A stretch of 64,000 bases of DNA from an uncultured Candidatus Saccharibacteria bacterium (GTDB lineage Bacteria > Patescibacteriota > Minisyncoccia > Phycocordibacterales > JACOZG01), in assembly GCA_964591715.1 (NCBI GenBank), contig CAZQDR010000003.1, positions 269 to 64,268 on the forward strand, written 5' to 3'. Within the stretch, counting starts at the first letter, position 1; each line of letters starts with the position of its first letter. A program made the position numbers and the translations under genes. Under the pieces are notes generated by a model, which was given only the letters and a program-made list of their open reading frames with translations, was not told the DNA's origin and ran no database searches. Below, piece by piece: positions 34,188-42,086 of the stretch.

Positions 34188-35445
34188 TTTGTTTTTTAAT
34201 TTTTCTTAAAATTTGATCAATCTTGCCGGCCAATATTTTTACCTGTTTTTCTTTGGCACCGCGGGTAGTCTCGGCCGCTAAACCAATCCGGATTCCCGAC
34301 GGGTCAACGGGCGGCCGAGTATCAAAAGGAATCGCATTTTTGTTCACAATAATCCCCGCCTGCTCTAGCGCCTCACTCGCTGCCTGACCACCAACACCGA
34401 CGCCGTTTAACCAAGTGTCCAGCAAGATCAAGTGGGTGTCGGTGCCATCACTGACTAGCCGCCAGCCCAGCTTCTTTAACTCCATTGCTAGCGTTTTGGT
34501 GTTCTTGATAATTTGAGTGGCGTACTTCTTAAACGCCGGCGTGGCTGCCTCGGCAAGCGCCACCGCCACGCCGGCAATTTGGTTAACATGCGGCCCCCCT
34601 TGGATACCCGGGAAAACCGCTTTATCTATTAAGTCAGAAATAAGCTTCGGTTCGGGCGCAGACTTTCTTCCATCACGGTCAACGAGGGAAATGATTCCAG
34701 AAAGCCCGCGCCCAACCTGCGCCGGTACCCGCCGGCTGAAGATTAATGCCGCTCTCGGACCACGCAAAGTTTTGTGGGTGGTAGTGGTCACGACGTCAGC
34801 GTATGGGAAAGGGCTCGGATGGACGCCCGCGGCCACCAGACCAGCAATGTGCGACATGTCTACCATCAGGATTGCTCCGCAGGCGTCGGCAATCTCGCGA
34901 AACTTTTTGAAATTAATCTGACGCGGATAAGCCGTAAAACCGGCGACAATAATATTTGGTTTTTCTTTAACTGCCAAAACTTTAACCGCTTCGTAATCTA
35001 ACTGTTCACTATCACGGTCAACGGTAAACGGGATTTGCTGCCAGGCTTTGCCAGTTAGGGAGACTTTGTGACCGTGCGTTAAATGACCGCCATGCGCTAG
35101 CGACATGCCCATAATTTTCCCCCCGATTGGGACGAGCGCAGTGTACACCGCCAAGTTGGCCGGTGAACCAGAAAGCGGCTGAACATTCACGGCCCACTTC
35201 TTTGGGCTAAGTTTAAAAAGTTTCAGCGCTCGTTCTTGGCAAAGTCGCTCTACCTGATCAATGATTTTATTGCCGCCATAATAACGCGCGCCCGGATAAC
35301 CCTCGGCATACTTATTATTTAATTCCGAACCCAGCGCCGCCAAAACATCGGCGGAAACATAGTTCTCTGACGCAATTAAATTAACTACCTTCTGTTGTCG
35401 CTCTCGCTCGGCCTTGATCAATCGTTCAATCGGTTTATCTTTCAT
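34180..35445 (-). CDS. glyA: Serine hydroxymethyltransferase
   Basis: NLIASENYVS and the PLP-lysine segment VVTTTTHKTLRGPR. Confidence 0.95.
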   Translation of the reverse strand: MKDKPIERLIKAERERQQKVVNLIASENYVSADVLAALGSELNNKYAEGYPGARYYGGNKIIDQVERLCQERALKLFKLSPKKWAVNVQPLSGSPANLAVYTALVPIGGKIMGMSLAHGGHLTHGHKVSLTGKAWQQIPFTVDRDSEQLDYEAVKVLAVKEKPNIIVAGFTAYPRQINFKKFREIADACGAILMVDMSHIAGLVAAGVHPSPFPYADVVTTTTHKTLRGPRAALIFSRRVPAQVGRGLSGIISLVDRDGRKSAPEPKLISDLIDKAVFPGIQGGPHVNQIAGVAVALAEAATPAFKKYATQIIKNTKTLAMELKKLGWRLVSDGTDTHLILLDTWLNGVGVGGQAASEALEQAGIIVNKNAIPFDTRPPVDPSGIRIGLAAETTRGAKEKQVKILAGKIDQILRKIKKQND

Positions 35446-35454
35446 GTTTAAGAT

Positions 35455-35943
35455 TTATTTTTTACGACTGCCGTGGAATCTGAGATGGGCATCATCCGTA
35501 ACATACAGCGTTTTTATCCCCGCCTCCAGCATCCGCTCCCAGCAAGGTTGGCAGGCCCACCAGTGACCCCACAAATAGACTTCCGCCCCCGCGGTGACTT
35601 CCCCATTTTTTATTGCATCCGCCACGGCTCGTGATTCTGAGTGAAGCTTGTAATTAGAGCACCCCGGACAAAGCCAATACTTTTGGCCAGTTTTAATTTT
35701 TAACTTGTGCCGGACACACCAACCCTTGGTGTGAAGATCAGCCAAAAAAGCATTCTTTAGTGCTGATTGATTGGCTCCCCGACCGATAATTTTACCGCCC
35801 TCAACAACCACCGCCCCACTTGGCTGATTACGTTCCGTGGCCGACTGAAAACGCATTTTCTTGGCTTCAGCCATAAATTGGTCCGTCTCAGGCACCAACT
35901 TAATCTCGCAACCAGCAGGCAAATAAGGGTAGATAATCGTCAT
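35455..35943 (-). CDS. Cytidine/deoxycytidylate deaminase-fold zinc enzyme (dCMP deaminase-like) with an extra Cys-rich insert
   Basis: An HSE zinc/catalytic motif (KLHSESRAV) and PCxxC (CQPCWERM). The insert is CVRHKLKIKTGQKYWLCPGC. Confidence 0.65.
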   Translation of the reverse strand: MTIIYPYLPAGCEIKLVPETDQFMAEAKKMRFQSATERNQPSGAVVVEGGKIIGRGANQSALKNAFLADLHTKGWCVRHKLKIKTGQKYWLCPGCSNYKLHSESRAVADAIKNGEVTAGAEVYLWGHWWACQPCWERMLEAGIKTLYVTDDAHLRFHGSRKK

Positions 35944-35967
35944 GTGGCCATTGTCTCATAGCTCTAG

Positions 35968-35973
35968 TATAAT
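35968..35973 (+). promoter_or_regulatory. -10 element TATAAT 9 nt upstream of the thyA-like ATG
   Basis: Read directly. Only a weak -35 (TGGCCA at 17 nt) is present, and there is no SD. Confidence 0.4.
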
Positions 35974-35982
35974 TGGCAAAAT

Positions 35983-36819
35983 ATGACCGCCTTTGACCGA
36001 ATCTACCAGAATCTGTTAAGGCAAATCATGACCGAGGGCATTGCGGAAATGAGCGAGCGCACCGGCCACGAAACCCGGGCCATCCCCGGCCTCCACTTTA
36101 CGACCGACCTCCAAAAAGACGGCTTCCCCCTACTTACCCTGCGCAAAATACCAATTCGGGTCTTCGTGGCCGAGCAAATTTGGTTTCTCCTTGGCTCGCG
36201 CAAACCAGCCGACTTTCTGCGGGAGTACACTAAAATTTGGGATGACTTTACCAACCCAGGCGATGTCGTCACGGTCGCTTACGGTTACCGTTGGCGCAAA
36301 CATTTTGGCCGCGATCAAATCGCCCTGTTGATTGAACTTTTAACCAAGGAGCCAAGTTCGCGCCACGGCGTCGTAATTGCTTGGGATCCAGCCCAGGATG
36401 GCTTGTCGCTGTTTAAAAAGAAAAACGTCCCCTGTCCCTACACCTTTACCGTTAATATTATTGGCGGACACCTCCATCTCCACAACATGATTCGCTCTAA
36501 CGACGTCATGCTCGGCATGCCTCACGACGTGGCGGGCTTTGCTTTGCTCCAGTGCATTTTAGCCGAACGATTAGGAGTAAAGCCGGGCATTTACTCGCAC
36601 TCTATTTCTAACGCTCATGTTTACGACATTCACTACTCAGCCGCGGAAGAAATAATTAGCCGCCACAACGATCATCCTAATGTGACACTCGAGATTCCCG
36701 CCAACACCTTTGCCCGGATCGAGAACCGCGACCCGGCGATAGCCAAAGAACTAATCGATCAACTGACTAACCAGTACACACCAATGGATGCCATTAAAGG
36801 TTTACAAATTGTCCTCTAA
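35983..36819 (+). CDS. Thymidylate-synthase-family C5-pyrimidine transferase with Asp at the base-specificity position
   Basis: ThyA-like motifs DRTG-like ERTGHET, FPLLTLRK, YGYRWR, DQI, SSRHGVVIAWDP, PCP (Cys151), and RSNDVMLGMPHDVAGF (Asp182). Confidence 0.8.
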   Translation: MTAFDRIYQNLLRQIMTEGIAEMSERTGHETRAIPGLHFTTDLQKDGFPLLTLRKIPIRVFVAEQIWFLLGSRKPADFLREYTKIWDDFTNPGDVVTVAYGYRWRKHFGRDQIALLIELLTKEPSSRHGVVIAWDPAQDGLSLFKKKNVPCPYTFTVNIIGGHLHLHNMIRSNDVMLGMPHDVAGFALLQCILAERLGVKPGIYSHSISNAHVYDIHYSAAEEIISRHNDHPNVTLEIPANTFARIENRDPAIAKELIDQLTNQYTPMDAIKGLQIVL

Positions 36820-37316
36820 TGATTCCAGCGTTTATTATTGCCAGCGTGACCGCCGACGGCCTGATTGCCCGTGATGCTAGTCACGCGGCCACCTGGTCCA
36901 GCCAAGCTGATAAAAAGTTTTTTGTGACCCGAACCAAAGCCGCTGGTGCGATCATTATGGGCGCTAAAACTTTTGCCACTATTGGCCGACCCCTCCCAGA
37001 ACGCTTAAATGTGGTTTACACCCATCAACCTTCACCTCACCCTGAAGTCTTGGCCACCGCTTTGCCGCCAGCGGAACTACTGGCGGAACTTGAGCGCCGG
37101 GGCATTAGGGAGGCGGCCATTTGCGGGGGCAGTTCAATTTATACGCTCTTTCTTAAGGCCGGCCTGGTCCAGAAAATTTATTTAACTGTTGAACCACGCC
37201 TCTTCGGCCAAGGCCTCTCGCTTTTTAATCAGGAACTGGACCTCACCCTCAAGCTTTTGTCGACTCAACAATTAGCCCCAGACGTCGTATTATTGGAGTA
37301 TCAAGTAATCACCTAA
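36819..37316 (+). CDS. RibD C-terminal / DHFR-fold reductase
   Basis: IIASVTADGLIA...IIMGAKTF...GGSSIY pattern. Coupled to the upstream gene by a TAATG overlap. Confidence 0.6.
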   Translation: MIPAFIIASVTADGLIARDASHAATWSSQADKKFFVTRTKAAGAIIMGAKTFATIGRPLPERLNVVYTHQPSPHPEVLATALPPAELLAELERRGIREAAICGGSSIYTLFLKAGLVQKIYLTVEPRLFGQGLSLFNQELDLTLKLLSTQQLAPDVVLLEYQVIT

Positions 37317-37318
37317 TC

Positions 37319-37960
37319 ATGGCTGTTATCACCAAAGAAGACATTATCGAACGAATCAAGGGAGGGAGCTTAAAGTTTGTCCCCAATCTCGACGTCTTCC
37401 AGCTTCAAAGCCACTCGGTTGACTTGCGGCTGGGCTTTACTTTTATGCTGCCCAAGATTTGGCATCTCACTACCCGCGGCCGCGAGTCACTCGACATCCT
37501 CCATTTTGATAAACGGACTCAAGAATATTTTGATATCGTAGAACTAGAGGAGGGTCAATACTTTGATCTCTTGCCTCAAGAATATATTTTGGTTTCCACC
37601 CTCGAGACTTTAACTGTCCCTAAAGATTTGATGGCTGTGCTTTATCCGCGCTCCTCGACCAATCGCAAAGGTTTGTCGCTCGACTTAACGGGCATTATTG
37701 ATTCGGGTTACGAAGGCCAGCTAAGCTTACCGATTCGCAATAATACTCGTTCGCAAACAGTGCGACTTTATCCGGGCGAGCGTCTCTGCCAAGTGGTTTT
37801 TGAAGAACTAACCCAAACAATTAACCCGCGCCAAAGTAAGTATCACCAGCGTGACATCATTGACGGCGTTCAGCGCGAAGCCGAAACGGAAGTTAAGTTG
37901 TTGTTAGCCGGAAAAATAAAAGAGTTAAAGCGTGACCACGCTGTCGAGGGCTTGATATAG
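37319..37960 (+). CDS. dCTP deaminase/dUTPase-fold protein lacking the deaminase Glu
   Basis: SVDLRLG, PRSSTNRKGL, and IIDSGYEGQLSLPIRN. Pro138 sits where E. coli Dcd has Glu138. Confidence 0.7.
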   Translation: MAVITKEDIIERIKGGSLKFVPNLDVFQLQSHSVDLRLGFTFMLPKIWHLTTRGRESLDILHFDKRTQEYFDIVELEEGQYFDLLPQEYILVSTLETLTVPKDLMAVLYPRSSTNRKGLSLDLTGIIDSGYEGQLSLPIRNNTRSQTVRLYPGERLCQVVFEELTQTINPRQSKYHQRDIIDGVQREAETEVKLLLAGKIKELKRDHAVEGLI

Positions 37961-38470
37961 CTCTTCCACCTCGCCATTGTTATTGATCACCACCGAAGCG
38001 GCGTCTTTAAGCGACCGGATTTGAATCTCGGTTTCCAGTTGCTGATCTTTTTGAAATTGCTCCCAAGTTTTGCCGTTATCATCTGGATTCTCACCGCGAA
38101 CTGATAAACGCTTAAATCGAACCTCCGGGTCAGCCTCAAGATAAATTAATTTAAATTGGGGTAACTTTTGGAGAGCCTTAATGTCAGGCAAGCGACGGAT
38201 ACCATCAATGACCACCAGATCAGTCTTGGCGCCCGCCGCGTCCTTGGCCACTATCTCGGAAAATAAATCTTCGCCGAAGGTCTGGCGCAAGGCCAGCGAC
38301 AGTGCCGACATGTTCTCTCGCGTCTCGGTTAGATACAAGCGAGCCATAACGTCGCGCAGTGGCGTAGAAAAGCGATACGACTCGGCGTTAAACTTTTTAG
38401 CTAAATATTTCGTACTGAACGTCTTTCCTGAAGCCATCTCCCCCGTCAAACCAATAATTAATTTAGCCAT
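37925..38470 (-). CDS. P-loop nucleotide kinase (dNMP-kinase / CoaE-like)
   Basis: GLTGEMASGKT P-loop, YRFSTPLRDVMA, VIDGIRR, and terminal VINNNGEVEELY. This resembles T4 gp1-type dNMP kinases, from memory. The 3' end overlaps the convergent dcd-like gene by 36 nt. Confidence 0.5.
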   Translation of the reverse strand: MAKLIIGLTGEMASGKTFSTKYLAKKFNAESYRFSTPLRDVMARLYLTETRENMSALSLALRQTFGEDLFSEIVAKDAAGAKTDLVVIDGIRRLPDIKALQKLPQFKLIYLEADPEVRFKRLSVRGENPDDNGKTWEQFQKDQQLETEIQIRSLKDAASVVINNNGEVEELYQALDSVVTL

Positions 38471-38497
38471 ATGGGGATAATAATAATTGACCCCACC

Positions 38498-38512
38498 CTA
38501 AAAAGCAAAAGC
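38498..38512. repeat. 15-bp direct repeat CTAAAAAGCAAAAGC, copy 1
   Basis: Identical to 40604-40618. The two copies bracket the beta-helix gene. Confidence 0.8.
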
Positions 38513-38518
38513 TGGGCT

Positions 38519-40579
38519 TTAGCGGGCAGATTGAGCGCTCAGTCGGGCTTGAAATAAGCGGAGCAGAAGCTGGAGCGCCGGAGTGGAGGTCGCTGTCGGA
38601 GCCATGGTTGGAACCAAGACTGGCGATCCCACTGTTGCGGTTGGAGCATACACCTCATTGAGTTTGGCGAGCGTCTTAGGCCCTACCGCTCCCGCTGTCA
38701 CCGGCTCAGTAATCTGGTATTTCAACTGAAAGCGCTTTATCGCCTGAGAAGTAAGTGGCCCATAATAACCACTGACAATTGCCTCGGGATAGATTGTTCT
38801 ATCTTTCGCCAAGTACTGCTGCAAAATCTTAACTTGCTCACCGCGCGCCGCTGGCGCTAGCGCCGCCGTAAAGATTGGTGCCGCCCGGACAGCGGTCGGA
38901 GTACTGCGCGCCACTTCGCTACTTCGATTATTACTAACCCCCGATCCCCCACCACCCCCACCGCTGCGGCTACTGCCGCCCCCACCAACTGGGCGGGGTG
39001 GTGGTTCCGTCGGCACCACGGGTGTATCCGGCGCCACTGGCGTATCCACTGTCTCGCCAGGCGTAAAGGTCACTCGCAGCAAATATTGTGTTCGCACATC
39101 CGACAGCAAATAAGAAATTTTACCCTTCGCCACCGGTAGCGAGGTTGTGGCTTGAGCAACGCCATCAAGGCTAATCGTCGCCAACTGATAACCCGGCTTG
39201 GGGGTAATAGTGAAAAGTTGAGAGCCACCTTCCGGTACCGCAACCGTTCCAGGTGAAATACTTCCTCGCGTTGCCATCACGCCAATTAGTAAAACATTTA
39301 TATTGCGCATTGGTTGTCCGGCATCACTAAAAGTATTACGAACAGACATTCGGTCTTGAGCGATCTTTTGACTACGGACTGCACCATAGCGAATATTTCT
39401 AAAAGTGTTGTCGCTTGACTGCACCAAGGTAATCCCATTTTTAGCTGTGATTGAAATAATATTTTCGATTGTGCTACTTGAGGTGTACCCCAGATAGATT
39501 TCGTTAATCTGAGAATCGCGAACAGTAATGTTGCTGCAGTGCGTACAAATGAAAGCCGCCAAATCTAAACCACTAAATATTTTGTCTGAAATATCAGCAT
39601 AGTAAGCAACATCCTTACCCGCCACGGAATTGTTGGTGAAGTTATTGGTAAAGCCTTGGGGCTGATCGCCGATCGTCGTCTGATCCCAGTAAAAATTAAA
39701 ATCCTCGTTAAGGTTATCGTAAATCTGATTACCTGAAATAAGATTGTTATTGGTGCGCTTGGCACCGTAGCCATAACCGACCACCGTCCCAGCTTCCCAG
39801 CGGCGATAATGGGCGCGCAACAAATTTACAATAAAGCCAGATTTGTTATTGCGGATAATATTATCCTGGTACTCGCTGTGACTAGCCATAATCCTCATGC
39901 CCTCCACGCTGCTGTTCTCAATTATGTTGCGATTAATCTTCTGCCTATCTGGCCAAATGGCAGTTAAATCAGTTGTCCACATTGCCTGCAAACCCGGCGC
40001 GATGCCATATTGGCTGCCAGAAATTAAGTTGTCCGAGATCTCAATCCGCGGCGTTTCGTCGAGCATAATATTGGCGTCGGAGTTGTCGCGGATAATATTG
40101 TGGGAAATTAAAATATCACCGCTGGCGTACGTGGCCACCCCCATTCGGTTGTTATAAATCTCGCTGTCGAGTAAGGTAAAACCGTTACCACCACCACTGT
40201 GATGGACCCCGAATTCAAAGTCATGGACCTTACAATTCTTTATTAGCCTGATTGCTCGCGAGTCGTTAACCACAATACCCCGACCAGTTTTATTATTTCC
40301 CGCAATTTCAAAATTTGCACAATCAAGGGTGGGCGCATCCTTCCCCGGCTGACGCAGTCCCAAGGCCAGACCGTCAGCCGGGCAGGCTGTCTCACCACTG
40401 CGACCCCGCAAATTTTCAGTCAGAGTGTAATCGCCAATGATGGTATCACCGCAATAACAGGGTACCACCACGCCATTAATTAAGCCGCATTCAGTAACTG
40501 CGGCCATAACAGTTCGCCAGCCAAAAAGCAGCCCTGACACTAAAACCAGCATCCCGATACCATTGATGAGTTTGTTCAT
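38519..40579 (-). CDS. Secreted right-handed beta-helix (PbH1/NosD-like) protein with a Gly-rich linker and a C-terminal PG-binding domain
   Basis: Signal anchor; repeated NxIxxN beta-helix rungs (ISHNIIRDN, ISDNLISGS, INRNIIENS, YQDNIIRNN); a GGGGSSRSGGGGGGSG linker; and PG_binding_1-like GEQVKILQQYL...GPLTSQAIKRFQ. Confidence 0.65.
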   Translation of the reverse strand: MNKLINGIGMLVLVSGLLFGWRTVMAAVTECGLINGVVVPCYCGDTIIGDYTLTENLRGRSGETACPADGLALGLRQPGKDAPTLDCANFEIAGNNKTGRGIVVNDSRAIRLIKNCKVHDFEFGVHHSGGGNGFTLLDSEIYNNRMGVATYASGDILISHNIIRDNSDANIMLDETPRIEISDNLISGSQYGIAPGLQAMWTTDLTAIWPDRQKINRNIIENSSVEGMRIMASHSEYQDNIIRNNKSGFIVNLLRAHYRRWEAGTVVGYGYGAKRTNNNLISGNQIYDNLNEDFNFYWDQTTIGDQPQGFTNNFTNNSVAGKDVAYYADISDKIFSGLDLAAFICTHCSNITVRDSQINEIYLGYTSSSTIENIISITAKNGITLVQSSDNTFRNIRYGAVRSQKIAQDRMSVRNTFSDAGQPMRNINVLLIGVMATRGSISPGTVAVPEGGSQLFTITPKPGYQLATISLDGVAQATTSLPVAKGKISYLLSDVRTQYLLRVTFTPGETVDTPVAPDTPVVPTEPPPRPVGGGGSSRSGGGGGGSGVSNNRSSEVARSTPTAVRAAPIFTAALAPAARGEQVKILQQYLAKDRTIYPEAIVSGYYGPLTSQAIKRFQLKYQITEPVTAGAVGPKTLAKLNEVYAPTATVGSPVLVPTMAPTATSTPALQLLLRLFQARLSAQSAR

Positions 40580-40603
40580 TGCCCCAGCATATGCTTCTGA
40601 CCA

Positions 40604-40618
40604 CTAAAAAGCAAAAGC
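40604..40618. repeat. 15-bp direct repeat CTAAAAAGCAAAAGC, copy 2
   Basis: Forms the U-tract side of the terminator of the NDT-like gene. Confidence 0.8.
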
Positions 40619-40642
40619 CACCGCGAGTCCGTTCGCGGTGGC
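40604..40642 (-). terminator. Intrinsic terminator after the NDT-like gene
   Basis: GCCACCGCGA-GTCCG-TTCGCGGTGGC hairpin followed by TTTTGCTTTTT on the minus strand. Confidence 0.75.
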
Positions 40643-40663
40643 AATTTTGGTTTGGTGGGGAGT

Positions 40664-41170
40664 CTAACGTGAGAGGGGTTCGAAATAAGCCTTCTCCTTC
40701 AGAAAGTGTTGCCGTCGTGCCTCGTTGGCGAGAACGGCAAGCATGGGCAAATCCTTGAGCCAGAGACCGATTGTTTCTAATAGATCAGTACACTTGTCCA
40801 CATATTCGGCCGCCCGACAGTAGTTGTGATGCGGCTCAATACCCTGAATCAGGCGACTGATCTTGGAACCACGAGGGCTGACATTAAGGCAGGGCTTGAA
40901 AAAGCGGCCGATTCCAATTCCTTCTTCAAACCCCAAACCTGAGGACGCGCCATCCCAAATAGCCAAGATCCCGCGCGCCCGAGCCACCCCTCGATTGATA
41001 TCTTGCTCATAGACATCCCAAGGCGTGCCTTCGGTCATACCACAGAACTCCAAAATCTCGATCTCGGGAAAGCGGCGCCGAGCAAGGGACTTAAAATCCC
41101 TAATCTCCTGACGATACTCCTCGCTCTTGTCCGTCAACGGACACCCAAAGTAGAGTAAGATCTTATCCAC
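40664..41170 (-). CDS. Nucleoside 2-deoxyribosyltransferase / Rcl-like protein
   Basis: GTG start 6 nt after AAGGAG. ILLYFGCP matches the NDT IYFGAGW motif, and SSGLGFEEGIG matches the NDT catalytic GLGMELG. Confidence 0.55.
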   Translation of the reverse strand: MDKILLYFGCPLTDKSEEYRQEIRDFKSLARRRFPEIEILEFCGMTEGTPWDVYEQDINRGVARARGILAIWDGASSGLGFEEGIGIGRFFKPCLNVSPRGSKISRLIQGIEPHHNYCRAAEYVDKCTDLLETIGLWLKDLPMLAVLANEARRQHFLKEKAYFEPLSR

Positions 41171-41231
41171 GATTATCTCCTTTTTAATTGGGGTGCTAAA
41201 ACTCTGCCTTGAGCGTAGCACGGGCCACCAA

Positions 41232-41270
41232 GAGAAACAAAATACCCCCGCAACCAGATGGTTGTGGGGG
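41232..41270 (-). terminator. Intrinsic terminator after the 41282-41575 gene
   Basis: CCCCCACAACC-ATCT-GGTTGCGGGGG hairpin followed by TATTTTGTTTCT on the minus strand. Confidence 0.7.
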
Positions 41271-41281
41271 TAGCAGACGTG

Positions 41282-41575
41282 TCAGGCCAGAGCCCTTCTG
41301 ACCTGACGGAGAACGAGTTGGTGATTTTTAATTCTGATCTGGTGAATGTCCGAGTCGCTCGGCGACTCAAACTTGAGCTCTTGCAGATCTTCGGTCTGGG
41401 CGCCTTTGGCAATCAGCGCCGCCACTACGATTTTCTGCATCTGACTACGCTCCACCTCCGCTTGATCCTCGGCCATGACTTCCCTCCTGTGAAAGCCGCT
41501 TCGCAGAACGCGGTCAAAAATATCAACCGCCATTCCGACAAATGACACAATAAAAAGAGGCCAGATCTTAGTCAT
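41282..41575 (-). CDS. Small hypothetical protein with an N-terminal TM helix
   Basis: AAGGAG lies 5 nt upstream of the ATG. MTKIWPLFIVSFVGMAV is followed by a charged helical region. Confidence 0.5.
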   Translation of the reverse strand: MTKIWPLFIVSFVGMAVDIFDRVLRSGFHRREVMAEDQAEVERSQMQKIVVAALIAKGAQTEDLQELKFESPSDSDIHQIRIKNHQLVLRQVRRALA

Positions 41576-41633
41576 CCTGACTCCTTTGCAAATGATCTTA
41601 TTAAGTTGTACTAAACTTCTACTGTCGAGTCAA

Positions 41634-42062
41634 TTAGTTAGTCACGTCGATACCCATCGAGCGAGCCGTACCCATGATGGTCTTCATCGCCTGTTCTACT
41701 GTGGCGGCGTTAAGGTCAGGCATTTTTTTCTCGGCGATTTCGCGAATTTGAGCCTTGCTGACTTTGCCGATCTTAGAAGTGTTCGGCTTGCCGGAACCTT
41801 TATCCTTACCAATTGCTTTAAGCAATAAACTGGAAGCGGGAGGAGTTTTTAAAACGAAGTCAAAGCTGCGGTCTTGGTAGATTGAGATAACCACTGGCAC
41901 AATATCACCCCGCATCTCGGCAGTGGCGGCGTTAAACTTGGTGACGAACTCACCAATATTAATACCCGTCGGACCAAGGTTGGTACCGATCGGCGGGGCC
42001 GGGGTCGCTTTGCCGGCCGGAATGACGAGTTTTACTTGTTTGGTTGGTTTTTTAGCAGCCAT
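41634..42062 (-). CDS. rplK: 50S ribosomal protein L11
   Basis: [30 protein letters not shown]. Confidence 0.92.
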   Translation of the reverse strand: MAAKKPTKQVKLVIPAGKATPAPPIGTNLGPTGINIGEFVTKFNAATAEMRGDIVPVVISIYQDRSFDFVLKTPPASSLLLKAIGKDKGSGKPNTSKIGKVSKAQIREIAEKKMPDLNAATVEQAMKTIMGTARSMGIDVTN

Positions 42063-42086
42063 GGTATGTAGCGTGTTTAGACTACC

